NCBI GenBank assembly: GCA_051294905.1
Contig: CM119372.1
Span: 12,278,001 to 12,342,000 of the forward strand
Reading direction: 5' to 3'
Source: Botryllus schlosseri
Lineage: Eukaryota
DNA length: 64,000 nt
The notes under the pieces are model-generated. The model worked only from the letters and a program-made list of their open reading frames with translations, had not been told where the DNA came from and ran no database searches. Positions 1-13,200 of the stretch are shown here, in pieces (the first letter of the stretch is position 1; each line of letters starts with the position of its first letter). A program made the translations under genes and the position numbers.

Positions 1-372
1 ATTGTCAAGAGATTGTTCCGAGAAATTCTGCATATTTTTTTTTGAATTCAAACTGATTGTTTTTTACACAAATATTGACTTCACTTCATAATGCAGCGAG
101 GGCAAGGGAAAGCACATTCAAGCTATTCCTACTCACTTAACTACTGTCCTTAGCTAACACCATGTATCTGATACAAAGGAAATATAATTTTTTTCGTAGT
201 AATAGCTCACTACATGTTCGGCATATTAGTGCACCGTGTCACAGTAACTTACTCAGGCTTTGCAATATTCTCGCTTATCGCTAGGATATAATGACACCAT
301 GATTCTGTCGTTGTAGTTTAGACTCATATATGCAACCTACGATAACAACATATATGATTATAACTGTATTAG

Positions 373-3300
373 GTGTATGTGTGGATTGAGACTTCACCGC
401 CTCCTGACAGCAACGGACACAAGGTCAAGTTACTGGTACAGAGCGACCCATATTATTTAGTCAGCAAGTCCATTCGTCAGCTGCATGGCCCATACATACT
501 CGAATATGTGGCGTACGGAGTCTCGTCTCACGGGCTTTGTTTTGCCGCAGATGAAAATCACGAGAAATACTCCGTCCGTGTCTGCCGCAGTCCATCCGGA
601 ACAGTTGAACTATGACCCCAGCAGCCGTACCGTAACGAGAGAACCCGACGTCACGATGATGTTCACGAGGTTGGATTCGGAGCACAACGCCAAAACCTTG
701 ATGAACTCGGCAAAGACCGGAAGGATTAATCAGGTAAGTGTCGAGTTTTGTGGTGTTACAAATAATTTTCAAACGGTAGTATTACTGTTATTAGTCTTGG
801 AACAGTATTTTCATTAGACCCGCTATTTATGGCTAGTCCCAGAGGTGGTCAAATTGGTCAATGGCTACAACATGCATCTTCTCGACTGCACATTGCACAA
901 CATGACTGATGACGTTTCAGCAAGTTAATATGATACGATTTCTCACTAAAGTGATGCTAATCAATCCCCAAACTCCTTTATACTTTACAAAAGCCAAAGT
1001 ACATAAAGAGTAAGTTTTCTCTTTAAAACTGTCAGGTAGAAGTGGAAGCAGTCTGACTTTGCTGTACAGGAAACGTTTGACCCAGATTCAAACATTCTCA
1101 TTGTCGAACCCAGCCCTTGCCAGAGCATAACATATATATTTTACTGACACGCAGCAAATCATTCGATTCTGGTATACAGGAAACGTTAGACTCCCTCGTA
1201 GTCACGATGGAAGGCTACAACGAAATCGCAAGCACCCGTTTCCATCAACTCGTGCGCAAGATTGTGCATCACACCAAAATGAAGGAGATTGAAGTCAACG
1301 TGAGAAACAGCAATCTAGTGACGTCGGAAGTATTCCAAATACTAGGTGAGAACCTGTTACCGGTTTCGGCGATTTTGAGAAACATGGGCTAAAAACGAAG
1401 GGGGCAAAATATTGGAATGTTAGGTCAATTTATTTGAAGAGATTACAGGCTCGTTGCCAGACACATCACAGGCCGCGAGAGTTGAAATGGATCAAATTTG
1501 CTGCACATTAACCCAATTGAATTTGTTTATGAATTCTCTTGACTCAGCAGAAAAAAGTGCATCCAAAAAAACTAATCACTTGATATATCGAGCTTGATAG
1601 GGGGGTAATGGGTCAAAGAGCTTTGGAACCACTGGCGTCTGTGAATTTTATGCGCATCCTTACCACACAGAGAAAATGGAAGACTTGCAACGTCGTCGGG
1701 CGCAGCACTGGAGCCGTCGGATGGACGAATTGAGTGTGAAGCGTCAGAGGCTCGGGCTGCTCTTGCAAGATGCGATGCAGAGACTGGAGAAGATCACCGG
1801 GGTGTTTCTGATCAAGCCGATGCTGTCGTATCCGGGGCGGGTGAAGTCGAGAAAGTATGTTTGTTTGGTTGTGCATTTCGTAGGTGACAGGCGATAATAA
1901 ACTTAAATATTGCTTTCAAGAATGCATAAAAACATACATAAAAATATGAATGTACTATTAACAGCCCTGTTCAAGTTCTGCACCACCAATAAGTTATTCA
2001 AGAATACATACGTTCACGTTCCCCTTATCAAGATCTAACTGGAAAAGCGAAATTGCCAAATTTGTTTTCATTTGAATCTCCGTTTCTATGCTTGTCCTTG
2101 TGCTGTAAACACTTGATATGGGGTATATGAAAAGCATTCGAGTTGATAAATTACGCTGCAAGAAATGTAGTTTTGTGCTTTACATGATTGACTTTATTGG
2201 ATGTCTGCGTCGCACAGATATTCGGGAAAAATCAGCACGAAATTCAACAAGTATCAGATCGAGGCGATGGCCGCCAAGGAGTTGAACGGGCAGGCAGAGA
2301 GAGACCGGGTCAAAGGTGAGAATTGCAGTAGACGAGTGCGAATCTTTTACATCGTTGTCTTCAAATGCCTGTGTTTCTTTGCTGTTTTCCGTTTTCAGAA
2401 TGTTGATGATTTTGAAATTTTGCCAGGTGAAGTACTGCGGAAGTTTTTCCTACTTTCAAGTGGTTATGATTTTAGATTACTTTTACGTCTACTTTGGAGT
2501 TTTCAGTTTTTTAAGGCAAAACTAGGGCCTAGAATACTTGCTTGGAAATCGGTACTTCCACGTGTACTTTAGTAGAAATTTACAACGTTAGTCCTACTCA
2601 ATTATCAACAATGACTGCTATGGCCACCTCTGAAATTTGTCCTGCTCATCCAGATTGTGCCTCACAAATTTTATTCCGCGGATAACTGTGCGATTATTAA
2701 AATTGCAAGGTGGTGTCGTCGTTCATCTTGTTTCTGCATTTATGTAAGTCCCAAACATGGAACGAGGGTATGACTGCGTATGCTTGGCCAGTGCTTAGTG
2801 CACTCTCATTAGTTGATAGTAATCCATCATTTTTTGCTGCGGCCCCCCTTTCCGTCTGTGCTTGTGATTTTATCCTCGCTTTAACCAACCGTGATGAGAC
2901 GCATTGCAACATTTGTGTTTAGGTCGGATTCGGTCGCCGCGTTATGAGCCATCACTGTCAAGGGGCGCTCCGTGGACCGCTCAAAGCATGCAGCCCGCGA
3001 CTCGGCAAAGCGATAGAGACGGTTTAACAGTTTCAGGTTGGTGCGGTTCTCTCTCTCACAATGCTTCTCATTTAGTGTACTTTGTGCCTCATGCTTACAT
3101 GTTTTACATGCTGGTAATGTCCCACTTCAATCCAAAGTACTGTATTCACATTGTACAACACAGGTCTCATTTCCTGTCTTTGTGTCAAATCATCTCTACA
3201 AACTGTGCTCAAATGGCAATACAATGGGAACGGGAAAATGTAACCATGAATAACTTGAAAACGAAGGCCCCCTTTCGAATGAATTCTTGCGAACATCACA

Positions 3301-6300
3301 ATGTAATCGTGCCTTACAACAGATCCAATACATCTGTTTCACGCTGAAAATGTTTTACACTGCTATCATCATCTCATGATTCTGATTACGCCCTGGTGGA
3401 AACTCAAGCTTCACGAGGCAACCAATTTGAAATTTATCGTTTTATCCATCCAGGTTTGACGAGAGTAGATCCTCCCACAATGTGGAATCTCGGAGCGTCT
3501 GTGCCTCAAACTGTCCCAGAGCACAAAAGCGAAAGGTAGCGTGTTTTTTAATTCATCTGCGAATTGCGTATTTGCCTGTAAATGTTTTCAGTGTTAAAAG
3601 TTTGAGACCGAATAAACTCTCTCTCTCTCTCTATAAAAAGTGAGTTGGAGAAGGCATTTCAAAGGTGAACGAATTTGTTGAATAACTTGCAGGCCGCCGA
3701 ACAGCACCCTCTTCTTGTCCGCGATGCCGAGACTGGTGGAACTCGACGTAGGAAGATATCTCCACGAAATAAACCCGGTGCACACGCTGACATCGTCGCA
3801 AAAAAATTCACCTCGCGCCATTCCGGGACCGTCGCGTTCGTACACAGGTAACGGTTATTGATGTTTACGTCAGAGGGGGTCAGTAACGACATACCCTACT
3901 TTTTTTGGATTTCTCAAGTAGATTTTGCCTCCTTGCACTGCTTACTCAAGACTTTTAGACTTCTTCCACTTCTACTTGAACATTTTAAGCAAAACTACTT
4001 CCTTGCAATTTGGATTTTGAAAAGTTGAAAGTAGTTTGCCGATAATTTCCGAGTGTGCGAGTGAAATTGTCACAAGAACCGCGTGAAATATCACGGTAAC
4101 TGGATAACGTTTCGAGGATTCTACCTATTTGTATCATCGTCGGTCATTTTGCGTTGGTCGCGAAGATACATCCCGCAATTTCGAGAGTAGCCGCCGTAAC
4201 TGCTACTTACTCCACTACTTTACATACCTTTCATTTTCTACTTCTACTTGAACTACTTTGACCAGCTGTGGTTTGCGTGCAGGTGTGCCGCGGAGTATGG
4301 CAACAATTCCCGCTTCCAATGCGAAGAGTACCAGCGGAAAACGCTCGCATTCGTCGAAGACAGTTGTAATCAACTCAGAAAAGTCTGATAGTCCAGCGGA
4401 GGACTATCAGTCTACGGCACCGCCGACGACACCAGCGTCACAGGTAACTCTATTTTGTATCATTTCGGAAATAAACCTACTGCTGTCCTGAGGGAAGAAA
4501 GAGTCTTTGTTTTCATCCGACCGAAATACATAACAAACAGACAGAAGCCATGAATGATACAGGAGAGGTCACCTAGTGGTAGTGATTACGGGGCTAAGTA
4601 GGCTATCAATGGTAATATCAACCAAAAATCAAAATCTGTTACGTAGAAGTTGCGAGATTTCATTTTCTGGTAGATGCCGTATTTGCATTTCCCTGATAAA
4701 ACACCGTAGACTTGCAATTTCTTTCTTAGTCGCAGCTGAGACGTGCTAGTACGGAATACGGTACGACGACACCTGGAAGCAACCACGGATCTTTAACAAC
4801 TCCGAATCTGCCGCGTCCGTTGCCTCCCATCCAAGTTCCCAGCAGAAGTCGGGCATCCACGAGATCAAGCTTCACTGGCTCGCCAGTTAAGGACTATGGC
4901 TCACCTAGTCCTACCAAGTCGCCATTACTTGGCGATGGTTCGCTAATTCCCAGGTAATTGTGCCGCGTATGCAATACATAAACAGAAGCAGTCAGTATCT
5001 AAGTACTTCCGCTTTATCGAAGTTCTCGAGTATGTTTTAGCTACTTGTACAACTTACTCAACTGGGAATATTTGTGGACTATTTCCACTTCTACTTAACA
5101 GTTTCAGGCGAAAGTATTTACTTGGTTCACTTTTATGTGTGAAATTATCGTAGAAATTGTGCGAAATAGCTTCTGTATCCCCGTAACTGAATGAGTTTTC
5201 TGAAATTGCAGCTATTGGAAGTGTCATCAGTAGGGCGATTTTTTTTACATCTCAAAATAAGTCAAAATTTTTGTCAAAGCTGTAGCGTTAGGTCAAAAAA
5301 TTGTCAAAATTGTTTACAAAGTCAAGATTTTTTTAACACCCAAATTTCGTTTGTATCGTAAATGTCGGCGTCAGTGAACTTATTGACATTTTACAGCTTT
5401 TAGCCTACTTTATAGGCCTACCGTTGTAGACCGTTCATTATCTGCTCATTGTGAATCATAAACGGTCAAATGAAACAAATAGATTGACATGGTGTTATGC
5501 TCAACGTAATGCAATATTCTTACTGAAGGAAGACTGCGGGGGAATTGGTTCTTATGTCAAGAAGCGCGCGATGAAAAATTTTGATTTAGATAACATTGTC
5601 AGAATGAAGCAACGCGGTATGTCACCAGCAGTGTACGCACAACTCCAGTGTTGCTAGCCAACAACTGCTGCTGTTAAACGTACTTTCTGCATTCTTGGCA
5701 AGCTACTTACTAATGATAGACATTTTCTACCCGAGAATGTAGGAAAGCATCTTTTGTCGTACTACAACAATTCTTAATTATTTCTAACGTAATGCGTGAT
5801 GTAACTACTGGAATTCTTCACAGGTCCAGATTTCGCTAAAATAAAGTTTTTTGATGTAAAAATTTGTCAGTTTTCAAGTCAAAAGTATTTTTCATGCCAA
5901 ACGAATTCGTAAGAACAGACTGTTCCAACCAGAGAATAAAATAAGTAGCACAATCCTAACATTATTCCCGAAAACTCGTAATTTGCATACATGAGGTCAA
6001 AATTAAGTTTTTTAAGGTAAAAAAGGTCAAAATTTTGATTTTTGGGTAAAAAAAACAACACCCTAGTCATTAGCCATTTATCATTAGTTGCGGAGCGTTG
6101 CGACTTCTGAAGTAGCCACCTCCTATTCACTGCTAATAGTATGCGACCCCTCGAGAATATTTAAATTTTAAATTACTCACCCAAGCAGGGCTTACTTTCA
6201 CACATTTCATTTTGTGCTAAAGGCTTGAAATAATTTTGGCATGTCTTGTTCTACTTGTAATTTAGTGTAAATTTACAGCGTTACTTTTAGTTCTACTTGA

Positions 6301-6502
6301 CTTAAATTGTATTCCTGCTCGGCTGGTGACGATAACTTATTTTTTCAGGACTAAAACTCACATGACTGGAATCGACAGAGACGGTATGCTATCGTGTTAT
6401 ATCGTCTGCTTCTATTTGGCTTTGGTTCAAACTTCAAATCGCCTGTTTTTATTCCTAGGTTCCTCCTCGCTACCCTTGCTGACAGCAGAGATCGCAGACT
6501 GA
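373..6502 (+). CDS. FAM186A/B-like protein, 3' portion (12 coding exons; 5' end lies upstream of the window)
   Basis: Phase-consistent GT-AG exon chain: 373-459, 551-733, 1180-1345, 1671-1854, 2218-2315, 2923-3036, 3454-3535, 3693-3847, 4283-4443, 4736-4953, 6349-6383, 6459-6502 (TGA). Peptide HHTKMKEIE...ILEKMEDLQRRRAQHWSRRMDELSVKRQ...GVFLIKP and PRLVELDV resembles the FAM186 C-terminal region as recalled, followed by a Ser/Pro/Thr-rich tail. The gene structure is solid; the family name is less so. Confidence 0.75.
3871..4270. mobile_element. hAT-type MITE (AGTAGA/CTACTT-rich family), intronic
   Basis: Termini cagagggggtcagta / actttgaccagctgtg; 8-bp TSD gtttacgt/gtttgcgt. Confidence 0.75.
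5231..6065 (+). mobile_element. internally deleted hAT transposon carrying a decayed C-terminal transposase fragment
   Basis: TIRs tagggcgatttttt / aaaaacaacacccta; TSD gtcatcag/gtcattag; ~5520-5778 encodes YAQLQCC*PTTAAVKRTFCILGKLLTNDRHFLPENV (hAT dimerisation-domain pattern S..VERxFS.L..LL...R). Confidence 0.8.
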
Positions 6503-6734
6503 ATGGCGCCTTCACGTCGATGCCACTAAAGATGGCCGAGTTTTTAAATTATCGCCACTATTATGCTCATTACTTTTTTACTTTTCATTCGACTTCATCA
6601 TGTGATTCATTTTGTATTGCCTCTTTCTTGTAGAAATAACCAATCACTGTAGCACTTATCGGTATGTTTCATGTCCGTGCCATTCAAGCTGTTGTAATTT
6701 ACCTGGAAAATCTACAAAGTCTTGTCTCTTATGA

Positions 6735-6740
6735 AATAAA
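6735..6740 (+). terminator. putative polyadenylation signal of the FAM186-like gene
   Basis: AATAAA about 230 nt after the stop codon at 6502. Confidence 0.4.
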
Positions 6741-7443
6741 ATATTCATTCTATGACTGTATTTGTCATTTTATAACATCAAAACGTGGCCATCAGTCCGT
6801 CTTCTCCATAAATATATGTCCAAATGCTTGGGAGTGGAGATCGCTAGAGGAAGAAAAAGTCCGTTGATTGACATCATTTTATTGATATCTGTATTACCCT
6901 TGAAATATGTTGCTCACAAGCAACACCGCAAAATCTACACAGGCCGCCTGTATGATACGAGAGATTCAGGTAACAACACGAGAACTATACTATTTGAAGA
7001 GCTTTTTGGAAATACAGAACTTCAATATGGATATGTAATGTTCTGTTCAATTCTCTACAAGTTGCTGGCCATTGCCCCTGACGCGTGTCAGCCGAAAATA
7101 TTTGGGTTAATTTCAATATGAGTATATCATTCAATACTATACTAGTTCGATTCCAAATCACGTGAATCATATCTGTCTGATATTTCGTATGGGTTGGGTA
7201 TATAAGTGACATCATATGTGTGAGATTTTCGTTACTTAATTTCAATACCCACATAAACTATCTCTAAACCTCTTTACCCCAGGGGTTCTTCCCGGTTACT
7301 GGTTGACAGTTGGGTAGATTGAACTACAGGAAAATTTATTGACATCAATAATAATCGTCACTGTCACACAGAAGTTCGTACTACCAACTTACGCTTTCAG
7401 AGGTTTACACACGCAGGGAGATATAAAAAGAGAAAGTTTTAAC

Positions 7444-9346
7444 CAGGGCTGCGGAGTCGGTAAATTTTACCTCCGGCTCCGACTCCACATATTTTCAATA
7501 TACCTACTCCGACTCCTGAATCTAACGTTCCGACTCCTGGGTCTTTAAACGTACCGACTCCGACTCCAGCATTATTACCAATTTACTTCGAAAATTATAT
7601 GCCACATTGTCGGTTGAATGACTATCATGCAACCATTAAACATATGATTAACGGTGGCATGCTAAATTGTTTCATTGTGGCACAGCTCGAATTATCCACT
7701 ATGCAATTAACATGAAAGAAAAATTTGCTAAATATCCTTCCTTTTTCGAGTTTTTACAACATGGACTCTCTAATATCCTGAAATGTATGAATCATTTAAA
7801 TATGGCAGATATCCAATCCTGTATAATAACAATGTAGATAAAAAAAATCCCAGTGTAGCTCTTGTGTACGAGTCAGCAACTAATAAAGAGATTGAACTTA
7901 CTAATTTTGTCATTGCACACTATCCTGATTACAAGCACACACACTCTTACTACTAATAGACATTGGTCATAAATGGAATTTAGTTAAGTATAGTCAAAGA
8001 CCATAGCCTATGTGTAGCCTACATGTACTTAATCAAATATTCAAGGACTGGGACTTGCAGTCTTTCTTAATCATTTGTTCTACCCAAACAGCTAAGCTAC
8101 ACTACAAATATTTTTAATTTTGTCAAGTGGGAAGCATCGTTTGGTCATATTTACATAATTTTTACAATTTTACAAAACCAGCCGATGCATTTGCTCTGTC
8201 ACAGCATCATGGTATAATTCCAAAAATTGCATCAATTTTGACATCATCGCGAAAACGCATATTGCGATTTTCTTCCCCTGTGCTGGGATTTTCTTCCCCT
8301 GCCAACTGGAATGTTGATAACCTTTTTTTAGTCATCCGATAGGAGCGAACCGAATTAGGTAACATTGCAAACAAGACTTATAGTAATACGCTCTAAAATT
8401 GATAACAACATGTCATGCAACTGTGCAGTGCGCAATCAGGCCCTGGTCGCGCGCTGCGCGAAATTTTTTTGCAATATAATGACTGAATTATATCAATAAA
8501 TATGTTGCTAACATACATTGGGGGTCGCATCTGTATACCACTGGGCTCATTTGGCAAGGACAGGATTATTCGACGTTTAGACATAACAAAATCGACGGTA
8601 TCAGTGAACATGCCTCTATCATTTTGTGCAAATGTTTTGTCGACGATCTTGCTGCGAGTGCACAAACGAAGCCGCATGTTGGACGACACGTTATCTCCTA
8701 ATTGCGAATATAGTTAAACTCAATTCTGTGAATAATATGTATTCATAATTTTCAGAAGGGGGCTCAAATACTGAATGCAAGAAATCTAGTGACAATGAAT
8801 CATGCGAAGTACCGAGAAAAATTTCAAGTCAAATAAATCTGCTATGAAATATTCTACTTTATGGTCATATACGAAGATCTGGGATAAATGTGGCTGGCCC
8901 CTGGATACGTCAATGCGTCAGAACTGTTGTTTTATTCATCATCAAATTTCGCGGTCACGCTAATCAAATTTTGGTTGGCCTTGCAATTGTACCTGCTGAT
9001 GTCATAAATAATTTCGAGAATCACCTCGCAGGCCACACATAACCTTCTCGCGTGCCAAATTTGGCTTGCGTGCCACGGACTGTCCGTACCTGATCTGTAT
9101 AGTTATTAATAACAGTGATTGGTGGTACATAAAAAGTCTTTCGAAAATTCTTTGAAAGCAAATGTTTTCATGATAGAGAAGTTGGAGTCGGAATCGGAGT
9201 CGAAGTCAGGGTCATTCTCACAAACTCCGACTCCGACTCCAGTCAGTATTTTCCCCTCGACTCCGACTCCAGCTATTATAGTTTTCACGACTCCGACTCC
9301 GACTCCATCAAGCGAAAATTACCCAGAGTCCGACTCCGCAGCCCTG
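7444..9346. mobile_element. non-autonomous hAT element (CCGACT subterminal repeats)
   Basis: TIR cagggctgcggagtcgg / ccgactccgcagccctg; perfect 8-bp TSD gttttaac. Confidence 0.9.
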
Positions 9347-9636
9347 GTTTTAACCCTCTTTATCACAGGTTGACAATATTGAACTCTGAAAAAAAAATCG
9401 AAGAAGAGATTATGTCATTTGACACAATATGACCTAACCATCCAATACGATGTCCAGGTCACATATAATTCAAATATGAATTTTGGCGCTGGGACTGGTG
9501 GGTGGATTGATTAATCGAACCCGCCGAGCTTTGTTGTAACCATTCTTGAAAGTTGAAATTGACAGTAACACGACAAAATGCGTCTCTCATAGTAATTCCC
9601 GTTTCTACTTGAAATCGCAACAAAGCACGCATTAGC

Positions 9637-9755
9637 ACGAACGTGGACCGTGCTAAAAGTCGGCAGATCAGGAATCTTAATAACGAATATCGGGCTGGTG
9701 TAAAATGGCCAATGCAGTTGAAACACTATAAATACTAAAAACAATAACAACAACG
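9637..9755 (+). mobile_element. 5'-truncated tRNA-derived SINE (family 1)
   Basis: gtggaccgtgctaaaagtcggcag...tggtgtaaaatggcc...caacaac tail matches the 3' half of the copies at 31664, 33081 and 60586. Confidence 0.65.
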
Positions 9756-10262
9756 CATGATAGCACTGACAGAGGTATCTGGTCATTATATAGATATTTT
9801 CGCTTACAAAAATGTATGTCATTGCAATGTCAGATACCTACACTACAGTCACGAAAAGATGAAGAAGAATATTTGGCACCAAATGGAAGGTTTGAAGATA
9901 GACGGAAGCACTCAGTTGTGTCTAGGGTTGCATTCAAAAGAAAAGGTGTTTTAAAACGCTTTGTTGAAAACCAAGGACCCATCTGTTTAAACATGTTTGT
10001 TTCAAATTGATTAAGTTTCAAATGCAATCCTAGTTGTGCCCCATTCAGCATGGTCATGGTCATGGATCATAAATGATCATAAATGTCATACAATGGTAAA
10101 ATAAATGCTCACTTCCATTGATTTACTAATAAAATATTACAATCATGTGTTTCATATTGGTGATTAACACGCCCCCGCGTTTCTGATACAGCTTAAATGT
10201 TTTGAACTGATTGGACGACGGGGTTGTCACATCAACCCGGCAGTAGTTTGTTTCTCGATCCA

Positions 10263-13200
10263 CTATTTCCGCCGGCTCTTGCTTTTTCGTGGCACGTACA
10301 GATGGTTTTCGTCCACGTGTTGGTTTCGAGATTTTGATTTTGTTTTGGCTACCGGAGATGAATTCGTGCACATGATGGCGGGAACAGTTTTCACAGTATA
10401 CTTTGCGAATCTCTTTCCAGCCTCCGCCTGCTCGTTTGAATTTGTGATAGGCGTGGTATGCTCTGGATATTCGTCCAACTGTACATCTTCACATGGCGAT
10501 TGTATTCTAAACGAGAGGAATTGTTGGAAGCGACTTGGAATTCAGTTTGACATCCCGATGTCATAATAACACGTGTAAGTGCGAATATGTTGGTCAAGTT
10601 CAAGGATATCTAGCTATTGTGACGTGTTCGTTAGAGAAGATGCTCCGAACGGCGAGCGAACTTATAGCAATATGCGTCGGTTGAGAAACAATTGATAGCA
10701 ATCGAAAGAGTTGAATAACACAAATCAAAACTTTGATGTCAACTGTCAAGATTCGCACGAAACCACGCACGCAAAAGCAGAGGGGGTCAGTAACGAACTT
10801 CTACTTTTCCGAAGTACTCAAGTAGTTTTCTGCTACTGCTGGTACTTACTCAAGTAAATCTTTTTTTCGCTACTTCTACTTCTACTCCGTAATATTTTGT
10901 GAACTACTTACTTACTTTTCGCTATTTTCAGTTTGGCAAGTAGAAGTAGTTTAATCCTCCAATCTGGAAGACAGCCTGAGGAATTTCGTGGCTGTTTTCA
11001 TGTAGTACCATAAATGTCATGAAATACCCAGAATTTTCGTTGCGCTTCGCGCACAGTTGATATGGAGTGACAAATATGTTTTAGCGAAAGTACCACTGAA
11101 TATAGTTTGGATACCGGATCGCGTGGTTCCCTTCACACCGCATTGTCGACTATATCAAATATTTCATCACAGTATAAGTATGGCCCCCATAAAGATCGAA
11201 ACTACCGTTTCGCAATCTAGCAATTACCTATTATACCTAGCAGCCTATGACGTGTCCTAATCATGAAAAGTGGACTAAGACTTTTTTCAATGTTACACCT
11301 GTTTCAGCAAACCACTGTTGAAACTTTCTGGACAAAAGACATGAAATATATTTTCCGCTTTTTAGAAGTAGAATTTGTATTTTTTTCAATTACGAGTATT
11401 ATACATTGAGTTCTAATTATATTTTCCGTTCTTTTGTCTGGAGAACATACATGTTGAAGTATAAAAGCAATTACATTAATGCCTTATATTTTCCGAAAAT
11501 AAACCTATACACTGTATGACATTTTTACGATCTGCCATATTTTTAATAACGTTAAGTAATCGCGCAAAGTGTTAAAGTCGTATCCGACACAACTTCTCCG
11601 TATTGCTCTTCGACTGATCTAGGGGCCTTATATTATGGAGGAGGTTGTCTGGCCATAATATTCTCTAAAACGGGGTGTTCGAGTATCGCCTTTCCATATC
11701 AATACTATATTTACATCCCATGATGTGGACGACATCTTATTCTGTCAGAAATTGACACGTCCTGGGATGCATCAATATGAATCAAGCTCTCTACACCTTC
11801 CGCATAGCATCATCTTCAGCTTTTGACAATCCGTGTGAACGAATTACGATCGTTTTCACAACTACTTACTTACTTGAGTAGATTTGAAGTCAGTCAATTC
11901 TACTTCCACTTCAAGTAGTTTTAGGTTGCTTATGTAAGAAGTACTTCTACTCGTACTTGAGTAGATTTTTTTCGTCGCTACTTCTACTTCTACTTGAGTA
12001 GCTTTCTTGACTACTTTGACTACCTCTGCACAAAAAGGATGCATGTTGTTCGCGAGCCTCGCGTTGGCCAGGCCTGCACTGGCTTTCATCAACTGCGTGA
12101 ACTTCCGAAAAATATGAGAAGAGAAAACACGAAACATATTCTGTACAGATGGACGCTGAGTTTCAAGTCATGCTGCCGAGATGAAGCAGTGAGTGATGCA
12201 ACGTTGAATGACTACAAGTAAACATGACAATTGACGACCTATATGATTAGGCCTACTATTAAGGCTGAGCACCGCGACTCGGGAAATCGAATCTGAATCA
12301 GTATTGATTGTAATGATTCGACTGGAGTGGTGAGAGACAATTTTTCGACTACCGAAACTATACCCCCGTTTCTACTAAGAGTTAACGAGAATTATGTAGT
12401 TTCGGTGTTTTTCACAACATGGAAGCCTTGAAGTCTCAATTGGTCAAAATACGTGTCGTATGACAAAGCTACCCTCGTTAGTGGAAATGACATTTCTGTT
12501 ATCATCCCACATCATTTTCAAAAGTGTAATGAAATAGATGATCGAAGAATACTAAATTTATATTTATGCGACTTAAATCTGGCATAATTTTCTTTGTGAT
12601 CGCATAAATGAATGAATGAATGTATAAATGAGCTTTCCACGTCATCCATGCACATGGTCCTCTTTTCCGGACGACTTCCAGTCACGCGTGTATTCACTAT
12701 CTTTCACTATAGAAATTAAACATGGAACGGCAACGACCGATTTTGCAGCTTCGTTCCGCTTCGCCGAGGCTGGAGTGGAGAATTGTTTTGCGTAAGCGAC
12801 TGTAGGATTTCTGGCAATTTAAAAGCTATCTTCCGAGCGCAAAAATTATTGAATCTGGTCTTGATCGAAAGATACTGTTGCACCGATTCCGAAAATATAA
12901 ATTAAAATATTGATCAGGCACTGATCCACCTAGAATCTGTCCTCCAAGTCTGAAATATCGGCATTGTTCAGAACAATCGGGTAACCGCAACACAATGGCC
13001 ATAACAATGACCCGCTGCGACTCTCCGATGGCTCGAACTTCGAACAATGCCGATATTTCAGACTTGGAGGACGGATTCCAGGTGGATCAGTGCCTGATCA
13101 TTATTTTAATTTATATTTTCGGAATCGGTGCAACAGTAGCTTTCGATCAAGACCAGATTCAATAATTTCTGGGCTCGGGAAGATAGCTTTTGGATTGCCA

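Noticed and set aside
9119..9373. TP-repeat ORF
   Set aside because: Translation of CCGACT subterminal MITE repeats
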